A stretch of 55,680 nucleotides of DNA, taken from positions 1 through 55,680 of the forward strand of contig JAUCBJ010003409.1 in NCBI GenBank assembly GCA_032718475.1, written 5' to 3'. The notes beneath the pieces are model-generated. The model was not told where the DNA came from. It was given only the letters and a program-made list of their open reading frames with translations, and did not search any database. This document shows, piece by piece, positions 24,901 through 40,000 of the stretch. Position 1 is the first letter of the stretch. Every line of letters starts with the position of its first letter. Source of the DNA: Nemertoderma westbladi. Lineage: Eukaryota > Animalia > Xenacoelomorpha. A program made the position numbers and the translations under genes.

Positions 24901-26182
24901 GTAATACTGAACTAACCCAGTTTGGCTGGTAGGTACTGAACTAACCCAGTTTGGCTGGTAGGTACTGAATTAACCCAGTTTGGCTGGTAGGTATACTGAA
25001 CTAACCCAGTTTGGCTGGTAGGTACTGAATTAACCCAGTTTGGCTGGTAGGTATACTGAACTAACCCAGTTTGGCTGGTAGGTACTGAATTAACCCAGTT
25101 TGGCTAGTAGGTACTGAACTAACCCAGTTTGACTAGTAGGTACTGAACTAACCCAGTTTGGCTGGTAGGTACTGAACTAACCCAGTTTGGTTGGTAGGTA
25201 CTGAACTAACCCAGTTTGGCTGGTAGGTACTGAATTAACCCAGTTTGGCTGGTAGGTATACTGAACTAACCCAGTTTGGCTGGTAGGTACTGAACTAACC
25301 CAGTTTGGCTGGTAGGTACTGAACTAACCCAGTTTGGCTGGTAGGTACTGAATTAACCCAGTTTGGCTGGTAGGTACTGAATTAACCCAGTTTGTCTTGT
25401 AAGTACTGAACTAACCCAGTTTGGCTTGGAGGTACTGAACTAACCCAGTTTGGCTGGTAGGTACTGAATTAACCCAGTTTGGCTGGTAGGTACTGAACTA
25501 ACCCAGTTTGGCTGGTAGGTACTGAACTAACCCAGTTTGGCTGGTAGGTATACTGAACTAACCCAGTTTGGCTGGTAGGTACTGAACTAACCCAGTTTGG
25601 CTGGTAGGTACTGAATTAACCCAGTTTGGCTGGTAGGTATACTGAACTAACCCAGTTTGGCTGGTAGGTACTGAACTAACCCAGTTTGGCTGGTAGGTCC
25701 TGAACTAACCCAGTTTGGCTGGTAGGTATACTGAACTAACCCAGTTTGGCTGGTAGGTATACTGAACTAACCCAGTTTGGCTGGTAGGTACTGAACTAAC
25801 CCAGTTTGGCTGGTAGGTACTGAATTAACCCAGTTTGGCTGGTAGGTATACTGAACTAACCCAGTTTGGCTGGTAGGTACTTAACTAACCCAGTTTGGCT
25901 GGTAGGTATACTGAACTAACCCAGTTTGGCTGGTAGGTATACTGAACTAACCCAGTTTGGCTGGTAGGTATACTGAACTAACCCAGTTTGGCTGGTAGGT
26001 ACTGAACTAACCCAGTTTGGCTGGTAGGTACTGAATTAACCCAGTTTGGCTGGTAGGTATACTGAACTAACCCAGTTTGGCTGGTAGGTACTGAACTAAC
26101 ACAGTTTGGCTGGTAGGTATACTGAACTAACCCAGTTTGGCTGGTAGGTACTGAACTAACCCAGTTTGGCTGGTAGGTACTG
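21983..26182 (-). repeat. 29/31-bp satellite, ~140 copies, derived from the TTBK exon end plus splice donor
   Basis: Minus-strand unit cagtacctaccagccaaactgg|gttagtt is the last 22 nt of exon 26161-26315 plus the first 7 nt of the intron. Confidence 0.95.
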
Positions 26183-26315
26183 GTATTTTTAGCGGAGAAC
26201 TATGAAGCGCGTTTGCGTTACTGTCCTTGGTAGATGGTGTTTTCTCCCAGTCGTACGGCGCATCCACACTAATGTTCTTCCTACGAATGCTGTCCGTAAA
26301 ACAGCTCCGAAGTAA
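26161..26315 (-). CDS. TTBK: TTBK exon, end of kinase domain (LLRSCFTDSIRRKNISVDAPYDWEK...KIPVPTSQT-G)
   Basis: CK1/TTBK PYDWEK motif. Acceptor tttgtttag| and donor GG|gttagt. 155 nt. Confidence 0.9.
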
Positions 26316-26551
26316 CTAAACAAAGTATAATCAACTTGTTAGTAGCCGTAAATTACTGTCACAAGCAGCTCCACACACCCCCAAAAAGGTTCTAGAACAC
26401 ATTTTTTGGTACTAAAAAAGTAGCTCGATTAAATATTTCAAAAAATTTTTTGCTTTGCAGACCATTTTATAAGAGCTGGCTGTTAGAGATTTGGCGGTAT
26501 TTTTATGACACCAAAAGTTTTTAAAACCAGCGGCGGCGCGTATTGCGTTAC

Positions 26552-26677
26552 CTCGTAATCTGGATTGTCGTAATATCCTAAAACTTCCAGGTGGTCCAAG
26601 AATGAGCCGAACTCTATAGGAAGGTGCTTCAAGCTCTGCCTGTTATCGTACTTCTCTTTCATTATACCAACTTGCTC
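26552..26677 (-). CDS. TTBK: TTBK exon (EQVGIMKEKYDNRQSLKHLPIEFGSFLDHLEVLGYYDNPDYE)
   Basis: Matches TTBK EQVG.MKEKYDH...LKHLP.EF..FLDH...L.Y...PDY. Acceptor ttttcag| and donor |gtaacg. 126 nt, phase 0-0. Confidence 0.93.
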
Positions 26678-26773
26678 CTGAAAAACAAAATAGAGATTTC
26701 ATTTTTTCATTTTTTCACACCACAAATGTTATCCGTTCATATATTGTTAACTTTCATTCGAAATCCCGTCGTG

Positions 26774-27110
26774 TGGGGAGAGCCAATAAGTGAGCGAAGC
26801 CTTTTAGAATGGGGGTACCTTTAACGAGTTGTCTGTCGTTGTCGTCTGCTGTCGTCGCCTGTCGTCGCCGTCGTCTAATTTTTGATAGCTAATAACTCGG
26901 CCATTCCTTTGATGAAATTAAACCCGTCCGTCAAAAGTTTAGAAATAATCTGAAATTTGGTCAAAAATCAGACTGTCTGTCAGTCGGTACCGATGATTTC
27001 AGAAACTTTGTAGGTTAATTAAATATTTATCTGTTTATTTTTTCTAAACTTTGTACGTAATACGTATGCCGTCTGGTGCTGTGCGAAGGCCTCGCGAAGG
27101 TGTTACAACT
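26774..27110 (+). mobile_element. Dispersed DINE-1/Helentron-like non-autonomous repeat, copy 1
   Basis: ggggagagcca..aagtgagcgaagcc, a (tgtcg)-type microsatellite, then gctaataactcggccattcctttgatgaaat. Homologous to 48521-48690 (+) and 52670-52880 (-). The family label is inferred from architecture only. Confidence 0.5.
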
Positions 27111-27158
27111 GTGTACGCACATACAGTTTAAAGTTAGTCGTTCACTTGTGATAGGTGG

Positions 27159-30100
27159 TCTTCTAACTCAATATATTGAGCTAACGGACACATCTTCTAA
27201 CTCAATATATTGAGTTAGAGGACACATCTTCTAACTCAATATATTGAGTTAGCGGACACATCTTCAAACTCAATATATTGAGTTAGCGGAAATCTTCTAA
27301 CTCAATATATTGAGTTAGCGGACACATCTTCTAACTCAATATATTGAGTTAGAGGACACATCTTCTAACTCAATATATTGAGTTAGCGGACACATCTTCA
27401 AACTCAATATATTGAGTTAGCGGAAATCTTCTAACTCAATATATTGAGTTAGCGGACACATCTTCTAACTCAATATATTGAGACTGCGGACACATCTTCT
27501 AACTCAATATATTGAGTTAGAGGACACATCTTCTAACTCAATATATTGAGTTAGCGGACACATCTTCTAACTCAATATATTGAGTTAGCAGACACATCTT
27601 CTAACTCAATATATTGAGATTGCGGACACATCTTCTAACGCAATATATTGAGTTAGAGGACACATCTTCTAACTCAATATATTGAGTTAGCGGACACATC
27701 TTCTAACTCAATATATTGAGTTAGAGGACACATCTTCTAACTCAATATATTGAGATTGCGGACATGTCTTGTAACTCAATATATTGAGTTAGCGGACACA
27801 TCTTCTAACTCAATGTATTGAGTTAGCGGAAATCTTCTAACTCAATATATTGAGTTAGCGGACACATCTTCTAACTCAATATATTGAGTTAGAGGACACA
27901 TCTTCTAACTCAATATATTGAGTTAGCGGACACATCTTCAAACTCAATATATTGAGTTAGCGGAAATCTTCTAACTCAATATATTGAGTTAGCGGACACA
28001 TCTTCTAACTCAATATATTGAGTTAGAGGACACATCTTCTAACTCAATATATTGAGATTGCGGACATGTCTTGTAACTCAATATATTGAGTTAGCGGACA
28101 CATCTTCTAACTCAATGTATTGAGTTAGCGGAAATCTTCTAACTCAATATATTGAGTTAGCGGACACATCTTCTAACTCAATATATTGAGTTAGAGGACA
28201 CATCTTCTAACTCAATATATTGAGTTAGCGGACACATCTTCAAACTCAATATATTGAGTTAGCGGAAATCTTCTAACTCAATATATTGAGTTAGCGGACA
28301 CATCTTCTAACTCAATATATTGAGACTGCGGACACATCTTCTAACTCAATATATTGAGTTAGTGGACACATCTTCTAACTCAATATATTGAGTTAGCGGA
28401 CACATCTTCTAACTCAATATATTGAGTTAGCAGACACATCTTCTAACTCAATATATTGAGATTGCGGACACATCTTCTAACGCAATATATTGAGTTAGAG
28501 GACACATCTTCTAACTCAATATATTGAGTTAGCGGACACATCTTCTAACTCAATATATTGAGTTAGCGGACACATCTTCTAACTCAATATATTGAGATTG
28601 CGGACATGTCTTGTAACTCAATATATTGAGTTAGCGGACACATCTTCTAACTCAATATATTGAGTTAGCGGACACATCTTCTAACTCAATATAATGAGAT
28701 TGCGGACATGTCTTGTAACTCAATATATTGAGATTGCGGACATGTCTTGTAACTCAATATATTGAGTTAGCGGACACATCTTCTAACTCAATATATTGAG
28801 ATTGCGGACATGTCTTGTAACTCAATATATTGAGTTAGCGGACACATCTTCTAACTCAATATATTGAGATTGCGGACATGTCTTGTAACTCAATATATTG
28901 AGTTAGCGGACACATCTTCTAACTCAATATATTGAGTTAGTGGACACATCTTCTAACTCAATATATTGAGATTGCGGACATGTCTTGTAACTCAATATAT
29001 TGAGTTAGCGGACACATCTTCTAACTCAATATATTGAGTTAGCAGACACATCTTCTAACTCAATATATTGAGTTAGCGGACATGTGTCTTCGAACTCAAT
29101 ATATTGAGTTAGCGGACACATCTTCTAACTCAATATATTGAGATTGCGGACATGTCTTGTAACTCAATATATTGAGTTAGCGGACACATCTTCTAACTCA
29201 ATATATTGAGATTGCGGACATGTCTTGTAACTCAATATATTGAGTTAGCGGACATGTGTCTTCTAACTCAATATATTGAGTTAGCGGACACATCTTCTAA
29301 CTCAATATATTGAGATTGCGGACATGTCTTGTAACTCAATATATTGAGTTAGCGGACACATCTTCTAACTCAATATATTGAGTTAGCAGATACATCTTCT
29401 AACTCAATATATTGAGTTAGCGGACATGTGTCTTCGAACTCAATATATTGAGTTAGCGGACACATCTTCTAACTCAATATATTGAGATTGCGGACATGTC
29501 TTGTAACTCAATATATTGAGTTAGCGGACATGTGTCTTCTAACTCAATATATTGAGTTAGCGGACACATCTTCTAACTCAATATATTGAGTTAGCGGACA
29601 CATCTTCTAACTCAATATATTGAGTTAGCGGACATCTTCTAACTCAATATATTGAGTTAGCGGACACATCTTCTAACTCAATATATTGAGTTAGCGGACA
29701 CATCTTCTAACTCTATATATTGAGTTAGCGGACACATCTTCTAACTCAATATATTGAGTTAGCGGACCTCATCTTCTAACTCAATATATTGAGTTAGCGG
29801 ACATCTTCTAACTCAATATATTGAGTTAGCGGACACATCTTCTAACTCAATATATTGAGTTAGCGGACATGTCTTCTAACTCAACGTATTGAGTTTGCGG
29901 ACACATCTTCTAACTCAATATATTGAGTTAGCGGACATGTCTTCTAACTCAATATATTGAATTAGCGGACATGTCTTCTAACTCAATGTATTGAGTTAGC
30001 GGACATGTCTTCTAACTCAATATATTGAGTTAGCGGACACATCTTCTAACTCAATATATTGAGTTAGCGGACATGTTTTCTAACTCAATATATTGAGTTA

Positions 30101-33100
30101 GCGGACATGTCTTCTAACTCAATATATTGAGTTAGCGGACACATCTTCTAAACTCAATATATTGAGTTAGCGGACATCTTCTAACTCAATATATTGAGTT
30201 AGCGGAAATCTTCTAACTCAATATATTGAGTTAGCGGACATCTTCTAACTCAATATATTGAGTTAGCGGACATCGTCTAACTCAATATATTGAGTTAGCG
30301 GACATGTCTTCTAACTCAATATATTGAGTTAGCGGACACATCTTCTAACTCAATATATTGAGCTAGCGCACATCTTCTAACTCAATATATTGAGTTAGCG
30401 GACATCTTCTAACTCAATATATTGAGTTAGCGGAAATCTTCTAACTCAATATATTGAGTTAGCGGACACATCTTCTAACTCAATATATTGAGTTAGCGTA
30501 GCGGACATGTCTTCTAAATCAATACATTGAGTTAGCGGACACATCTTCTAACTCTATATATTGAGTTAGCGGACACATCTTCTAACTCAATATATTGAGT
30601 TAGCGGACATGTCTTCCAACTCAATATATTGAGTTAGCGGACACATCTTCTAACTCAATATATTGAGTTAGCGGACATCTTCTAACTCAATATATTGAGA
30701 TAGCGGACATCTTCTAACTCAATATATTGAGTTAGCGGAAATCTTCTAACAAAATATATTGAGTTAGCGGACATCTTCTAACTCAATATATTGAGTTAGC
30801 GGACATCGTCTAACTCAATATATTGAGTTAGCGGACATGTCTTCTAACTCAATATATTGAGTTAGCGGGCACATCTTCTAACTCAATATATTGAGTTAGC
30901 GGACATCTTCTAACTCAATATATTGAGTTAGCGGACATCTTCAAACTCAATATATTGAGTTAGCGGAAATCTTCTAACTCAATATATTGAGTTAGCGGAC
31001 ATCGTCTAACTCAATATATTGAGTTAGAGGACACATCTTCTAACTCAATATATTGAGTTAGCGGATAATCTTCTAACTCAATATATTGAGTTAGAGGACA
31101 CATCTTCTAACTCAATATATTGAGTTAGCGGACATCTTCTAACTCAATATATTGAGTTTGCGGACACATCTTCTAACTCTATATATTGAGTTAGCGGACA
31201 TCTTCTAACTCAATATATTGAGTTAGCGGACACATCTCCTAACTCAATATATTGAGTTAGTGGACACATCTTCTAACTCAATATATTGAGTTAGCGGACA
31301 TCTTCTAACTCAATATATTGAGTTTGCGGACACATCTTCTAACTCTATATATTGAGTTAGCGGACATCTTCTAACTCAATATATTGAGTTAGCGGACACA
31401 TCTCCTAACTCAATATATTGAGTTAGTGGACACATCTTCTAACTCAATATATTGAGTTAGCGGACATCTTCTAACTCAATATATTGAGTTAGCGGACACA
31501 TCTTCTAACTCAATATATTGAGTTAGCGGACATCTTCTAACTCAATATATTGAGTTAGAGGACACATCTTCTAACTCAATATATTGAGTTAGCGGACATC
31601 TTCTAACTCAATATATTGAGTTTGCGGACACATCTTCTAACTCTATATATTGAGTTAGCGGACATCTTCTAACTCAATATATTGAGTTAGCGGACACATC
31701 TCCTAACTCAATATATTGAGTTAGTGGACACATCTTCTAACTCAATATATTGAGTTAGCGGACATCTTCTAACTCAATATATTGAGTTAGCGGACACATC
31801 TTCTAACTCAATATATTGAGTTAGCGGACACATCTTCTAACTCAATATATTGAATTAGCGGACATCTTCTAACTCAATATATTGAGTTAGCGGACACATC
31901 TTCTAACTCAATATATTGAGTTAGTGGACACATCTTCTAACTCAATATATTGAGTTAGCGGACACATCTTCTAACTCAATATATTGAGTTAGAGGACACA
32001 TCTTCTAACTCAATATATTGAGTTAGCGGACATCGTCTAACTCAATATATTGAGTTAGAGGACACATCTTCTAACTCAATATATTGAGTTAGCGGACATC
32101 TTCTAACTCAATATATTGAGTTAGCGGACATCGTCTAACTCAATATATTGAGTTAGAGGACACATCTTCTAACTCAATATATTGAGTTAGCGGACATCTT
32201 CTAACTCAATATATTGAGTTAGAGGACACATCTTCTAACTCAATATATTGAGTTAGCGGACATCTTCTAACTCAATATATTGAGTTTGCGGACACATCTT
32301 CTAACTCTATATATTGAGTTAGCGGACATCTTCTAACTCAATATATTGAGTTAGCGGACACATCTCCTAACTCAATATATTGAGTTAGTGGACACATCTT
32401 CTAACTCAATATATTGAGTTAGCGGACATCTTCTAACTCAATATATTGAGTTAGCGGACACATCTTCTAACTCAATATATTGAGTTAGCGGACACATCTT
32501 CTAACTCAATATATTGAATTAGCGGACATCTTCTAACTCAATATATTGAGTTAGCGGACACATCTTCTAACTCAATATATTGAGTTAGTGGACACATCTT
32601 CTAACTCAATATATTGAGTTAGCGGACACATCTTCTAACTCAATATATTGAGTTAGCGGACATCTTCTAACTCAATATATTGAGTTTGCGGACACATCTT
32701 CTAACTCTATATATTGAGTTAGCGGACATCTTCTAACTCAATATATTGAGTTAGCGGACACATCTCCTAACTCAATATATTGAGTTAGTGGACACATCTT
32801 CTAACTCAATATATTGAGTTAGCGGACATCTTCTAACTCAATATATTGAGTTAGCGGACACATCTTCTAACTCAATATATTGAGTTAGCGGACACATCTT
32901 CTAACTCAATATATTGAATTAGCGGACATCTTCTAACTCAATATATTGAGTTAGCGGACACATCTTCTAACTCAATATATTGAGTTAGTGGACACATCTT
33001 CTAACTCAATATATTGAGTTAGCGGACACATCTTCTAACTCAATATATTGAGTTAGCGGACATCTTCTAACTCAATATATTGAGTTAGCGGACACATCTT

Positions 33101-35053
33101 CTAACTCAATATATTGAGTTAGCGGACACATCTTCTAACTCAATATATTGAATTAGCGGACATCTTCTAACTCAATATATTGAGTTAGCGGACACATCTT
33201 CTAACTCAATATATTGAGTTAGTGGACACATCTTCTAACTCAATATATTGAGTTAGCGGACATCTTCTAACTCAATATATTGAGTTAGAGGACACATCTT
33301 CTAACTCAATATATTGAGTTAGCGGACATCGTCTAACTCAATATATTGAGTTAGAGGACACATCTTCTAACTCAATATATTGAGTTAGCGGACATCTTCT
33401 AACTCAATATATTGAGTTAGCGGACATCGTCTAACTCAATATATTGAGTTAGAGGACACATCTTCTAACTCAATATATTGAGTTAGCGGACATCTTCTAA
33501 CTCAATATATTGAGTTAGAGGACACATCTTCTAACTCAATATATTGAGTTAGCGGACATCTTCTAACTCAATATATTGAGTTTGCGGACACATCTTCTAA
33601 CTCTATATATTGAGTTAGCGGACATCTTCTAACTCAATATATTGAGTTAGCGGACACATCTCCTAACTCAATATATTGAGTTAGTGGACACATCTTCTAA
33701 CTCAATATATTGAGTTAGCGGACATCTTCTAACTCAATATATTGAGTTAGCGGACACATCTTCTAACTCAATATATTGAGTTAGCGGACACATCTTCTAA
33801 CTCAATATATTGAATTAGCGGACATCTTCTAACTCAATATATTGAGTTAGCGGACACATCTTCTAACTCAATATATTGAGTTAGTGGACACATCTTCTAA
33901 CTCAATATATTGAGTTAGCGGACACATCTTCTAACTCAATATATTGAGTTAGCGGACATCTTCTAACTCAATATATTGAGTTAGCGGACACATCTTCTAA
34001 CTCAATATATTGAGTTAGCGGACACATCTTCTAACTCAATATATTGAATTAGCGGACATCTTCTAACTCAATATATTGAGTTAGCGGACACATCTTCTAA
34101 CTCAATATATTGAGTTAGTGGACACATCTTCTAACTCAATATATTGAGTTAGCGGACACATCTTCTAACTCAATATATTGAGTTAGCGGACATCTTCTAA
34201 CTCAATATATTGAGTTAGAGGACACATCTTCTAACTCAATATATTGAGTTAGCGGACACATCTTCTAACTCAATATATTGAGTTAGCGGACATCTTCTAA
34301 CTCAATATATTGAGTTAGCGGACATCTTCTAACTCAATATATTGAGTTAGTGGACACATCTTCTAACTCAATATATTGAGTTAGCGGACATGTCTTCTAA
34401 CTCAATATATTGAGTTTGCGGACACATCTTCTAACTCTATATATTGAGTTAGCGGACATCTTCTAACTCAATATATTGAGTTAGCGGACATCTTCTAACT
34501 CAATATATTGAGTTAGTGGACACATCTTCTAACTTAATATATTGAGTTAGCGGACATGTCTTCTAACTCAATATATTGAGTTTGCGGACACATCTTCTAA
34601 CTCTATATATTGAGTTAGCGGACATCTTTTAACTCAATATATTGAGTTAGCGGACATCTTCTAACTCAATATATTGAGTTAGCGGACATGTCTTCTAACT
34701 CAATATATTGAGTTTGCGGACACATCTTCTAACTCTATATATTGAGTTAGCGGACATCTTCTAACTCAATATATTGAGTTAGCGGACACATCTTCTAACT
34801 CAATATATTGAGTTAGCGGACATCTTCTAACTCAATATATTGAGTTAGCGGACATCTTCTAACTCAATATATTGAGTTAGCGGACATCTTCTAACTCAAT
34901 ATATTGAGTTAGCGGACACATCTTCTAACTCAATATATTGAGTTTGCGGACATCTTCTAACTCAATATATTGAGTTAGCGGACATCTTCTAACTCAATAT
35001 ATTGAGTTAGCGGACACATCTTCTAACTCAATATATTGAGTTTGCGGACATCT
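27159..35053. repeat. 32/34-bp satellite with a perfect 22-bp palindrome (ctaactcaatatattgagttag + cggac(ac)atctt), ~240 copies
   Basis: Directly visible. Lies in TTBK intron 26678-36057. Recurrent variant blocks show higher-order duplication. Confidence 0.97.
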
Positions 35054-36006
35054 ATCTATACTAAGTGAAAAATCGAAGATTTCATGTCCTCTTAGGGGCT
35101 CCGTACTTTGATTATCAAGTTAACATTTTTTGTGTTGCATACCCATCAAGAATGAATTCACTTTAAAAAATGGGGTGGCAGTGAATTTTCCCAAGTTTGA
35201 AATGTACAAAGTGGTAAGTATATGTTAAAAAAGTAAAATTTTGATAATAATTTAACAAAGTAATTGTAACTATCAAACTAGTTTAGGAACCTTGTAATCC
35301 CGGTAAAATTCTAGACGGAATTGACCACATTCCGGCAATTCCGGCAGGAACCGGAATCGACGAAAAACCGCCGCAATTCCGGGACATCCCTGATCCACGT
35401 GGTTCTAAATATCTCACTGTCAAGGCTAATAAATTTTGACTGCCCTTTTTAAAATTTAAAATTATAATCAATTATTATAAATAAATATGGCAGTTTCCAT
35501 ATGCTATGCCTAATATTATATTCATATTAATCCAGTTTCACATGTATAATCTCGTGCTGCGCGAAGGCGCCACATTGTTGTTTCTAATGTTCTGACCGTG
35601 CATTAATGTCAGTATAAGTCAACAGCTTGCTATTTATAAGCCGCCACGTTAACAGACTAATTATCACACACTGCGATTCCTAAAACTTAGAGTGAAGATA
35701 ATAACTTTCGGTATGTTATCGACCAAGTCCTAACAACCGAACCGCGTTATTGGCAGTAACCATGGGAACAGCGTGAATGACAGCCAAAATCGACTGTTTC
35801 ATTGATTTTTTATCTATATGGTATAATTTATAACAGTATCAGTATGGTTATTACAAATACGGTAAACATCATTCATCATATCATGCTAAATAGCATACAG
35901 TCGTGTAACAATTAATACATCACGCCACATGATGTTAGTTGATAAGATCATACACAAAAATTTAGTTGCTTATTGGAATTTGTACCAAAATAAACAAAAT
36001 TTCCTA

Positions 36007-36249
<243 letters not shown>

Positions 36250-37068
36250 CTAATAGCAACGAACTACAGCAAACCAGTGGGTATTAGGGATCAACCGAGA
36301 CCATATACACCCCCCTTATTGGCCCCGGCAAATATGCACTTACTGCCTCCGCGTCAGCGCCACTGCATTCTGTCGGCGCCATTGGCAGGAAGCTCGATGA
36401 CGCCACAGCACCATCGAGATTTCCCCGAGATCCGCCATGCACATTCTCTGGTAAGGGGCCGCACATAAAATAACATCCTTATTTTCAGGTATTTTAATCA
36501 CCATCACGAACACCTTCCCGCTATATAACCGTCTATTTTAAATGTATTGATTGCAATGGGGGTGTTCTCCTTGCACCTAACCAGTACGAGTACATCAAAG
36601 GCTGTCGAAAATTAATTGCAATTTAATTATTGCATGGTCTTACTTAATCAATAGATTACAATTAAGTTACTGTGGTTACCAACCAATGAATTAATTGTAA
36701 TTGTGAATTTCGCATCAATTATTCAATTAATTGCCAATTATTATAAAAAAGGTTAGAGATAAAATATTAACATAATTTCACTATTATGCCTATCAATTTA
36801 CTGATATCGGTAACCAAACATTGATCTTGTTGATTATAATCAATGCGGTTTAACATTCCAACATCTTTCGATTTGCTATAGAACTACAAGGTACTAGGTA
36901 GTTCTATGGGGCTTCAGTCCTAGATAAATTATAATTATTTTCTAAATTACAAGCGGGTATGATGTTGAAAGTTACATTTATATTGGCATATAATTATTGC
37001 TTCCAGTTCAATTAATTATCCAATTATTCATAATGAAAATATGCCTAAATTAATTATAAATTTAAATG

Positions 37069-40000
37069 TTGGATACTTACTGGTCTGACTTGCCCCGCCG
37101 TGTTGGTTGGTATATTGGATACTTACTGGTCTGACTTGCCCCGCCGTGTTGGTATATTGGATACTTACTGGTCTGACTTGCCCCGCCGTGTTGGTATATT
37201 GGATACTTACTGGTCTGACTTGCCCCGCCGTGTTGGTATATTGGATACTTACTGGTCTGACTTGCCCCGCCGTGTTGGTTGGTATATTGGATACTTACTG
37301 GTCTGACTTGCCCCGCCGTGTTGGTTGGTATATTGGATACTTACTGGTCTGACTTGCCCCGTCGTGTTGGTTGGTATATTGGATACTTACTGGTCTGACT
37401 TGCCCCGCCGTATTGGTATATTGGATACTTACTGGTCTGACTTGCCCCGCCGTGTTGGTTGGTATATTGGATACTTACTGATCTGACTTGCCCCGCCGTG
37501 TTGGTATATTGGATACTTACTGGTCTGACTTGCCCCGCCGTATTGGTATATTGTATACTTACTGGTCTGACTTGCTCCGCCGTGTTGGTTGGTATATTGG
37601 ATACTTACTGGTCTGACTTGCCCCGCCGTGTTGGTATATTGGATACTTACTGGTCTGACTTGCCCCGCCGTGTTGGTATATTGGATACTTACTGGTCTGA
37701 CTTGCCCCGCCGTGTTGGTATATTGGATACTTACTGGTCTGACTTGCCCCGTCGTGTTGGTTGGTATATTGGATACTTACTGGTCTGACTTGCCCCGCCG
37801 TGTTGGTATATTGGATACTTACTGGTCTGACTTGCCCCGCCGTGTTGGTATATTGGATACTTACTGGTCTGACTTGCCCCGCCGTGTTGGTATATTGGAT
37901 ACTTACTGGTCTGACTTGCCCCGCCGTGTTGGTTGGTATATTGGATACTTACTGGTCTGACTTGCCCCGCCGTGTTGGTATATTGGATACTTACTGGTCT
38001 GACTTGCCCCGCCGTGTTGGTATATTGGATACTTACTGGTCTGACTTGCCCCGCCGTGTTGGTATATTGGATACTTACTGGTCTGACTTGCCCCGCTGTG
38101 TTGGTATATTGGATACTTACTGGTCTGACTTGCCCCGTCGTGTTGGTTGGTATATTGGATACTTACTGGTCTGACTTGCCCCGCCGTGTTGGTTGGTATA
38201 TTGGATACTTACTGGTCTGACTTGCCCCGCCGTGTTGGTATATTGGATACTTACTGGTCTGACTTGCCCCGCCGTGTTGGTTGGTATATTGGATACTTAC
38301 TGGTCTGACTTGCCCCGCCGTGTTGGTATATTGGATACTTACTGGTCTGACTTGCCCCGCCGTGTTGGTATATTGAATACTTACTGGTCTGACTTGCCCC
38401 GCCGTGTTGGTTGGTATATTGGATACTTACTGGTCTGACTTGCCCCGTCGTGTTGGTATATTGGATACTTACTGGTCTGACTTGCCCCGCCGTGTTGGTA
38501 TATTGGATACTTACTGGTCTGACTTGCCCCGTCGTGTTGGTATATTGGATACTTACTGGTCTGACTTGCCCCGCCGTGTTGGTTGGTATATTGGATACTT
38601 ACAGGTCTGACTTGTCCCGCCGTGTTGGTTGGTATATTGGATACTTACTGGTCTGACTTGCCCCGCCGTGTTGGTTGGTATATTGGATACTTACAGGTCT
38701 GACTTGCCCCGCCGTGTTGGTATATTGGATACTTACTGGTCTGACTTGCCCCGCCGTGTTGGTATATTGGATACTTACTGGTCTGACTTGCCCGCCGTGT
38801 TGGTTGGTATATTGGATACTTACTGGTCTGACTTGCCCCGCCGTGTTGGTATATTGGATACTTACTGGTCTGACTTGCCCCGCCGTGTTGGTATATTGGA
38901 TACTTACTGGTCTGACTTGCCCCGCCGTGTTGGTTGGTATATTGGATACTTACTGGTCTGACTTGCCCCGCCGTGTTGGTTGGTATATTGGATACTTACT
39001 GGTCTGACTTGCCCGCCGTGTTGGTTGGTATATTGGATACTTACTGGTCTGACTTGCCCCGCCGTGTTGGTTGGTATATTGGATACTTACTGGTCTGACT
39101 TGCCCCGCTGTGTTGGAATATTGGATACTTACTGGTCTGACTTGCCCCGCCGTGTTGGTATATTGGATACTTACTGGTCTGACTTGCCCCGCCGTGTTGG
39201 TTGGTATATTGGATACTTACTGGTCTGACTTGCCCGCCGTGTTGGTTGGTATATTGGATACTTACTGGTCTGACTTGCCCCGCCGTGTTGGTTGGTATAT
39301 TGGATACTTACTGGTCTGCTTTGCCCCGCTGTGTTGGTTGGAATATTGGATACTTACTGGTCTGACTTGCCCCGCCGTGTTGGTATATTGGATACTTACT
39401 GGTCTGACTTGCCCGCCGTGTTGGTTGGAATATTGGATACTTACTGGTCTGACTTGCCCCGTCGTGTTGGTATATTGGATACTTACTGGTCTGACTTGCC
39501 CGCCGTGTTGGTTGGTATATTGGATACTTACTGGTCTGACTTGCCCCGCCGTGTTGGTATATTGGATACTTACTGGTCTGACTTGCCCGCCGTGTTGGTT
39601 GGTATATTGGATACTTACTGGTCTGACTTGCCCCGCCGTGTTGGTTGGTATATTGGATACTTACTGGTCTGACTTGCCCCGCTGTGTTGGTATATTGGAT
39701 ACTTACTGGTCTGACTTGCCCCGCCGTGTTGGTATATTGGATACTTACTGGTCTGACTTGCCCCGCCGTGTTGGTTGGTATATTGGATACTTACTGGTCT
39801 GACTTGCCCCGCCGTGTTGGTTGGTATATTGGATACTTACTGGTCTGACTTGCCCGCCGTGTTGGTTGGTATATTGGATACTTACTGGTCTGACTTGCCC
39901 CGCCGTGTTGGTTGGTATATTGGATACTTACTGGTCTGACTTGCCCCGCTGTGTTGGAATATTGGATACTTACTGGTCTGACTTGCCCCGCCGTGTTGGT

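Noticed and set aside
27159-35053. CRISPR-like appearance (palindromic repeat plus spacer)
   Set aside because: The spacers are 10-12 bp near-identical linkers rather than unique sequences, there are no cas genes, and the array lies in a spliceosomal intron.
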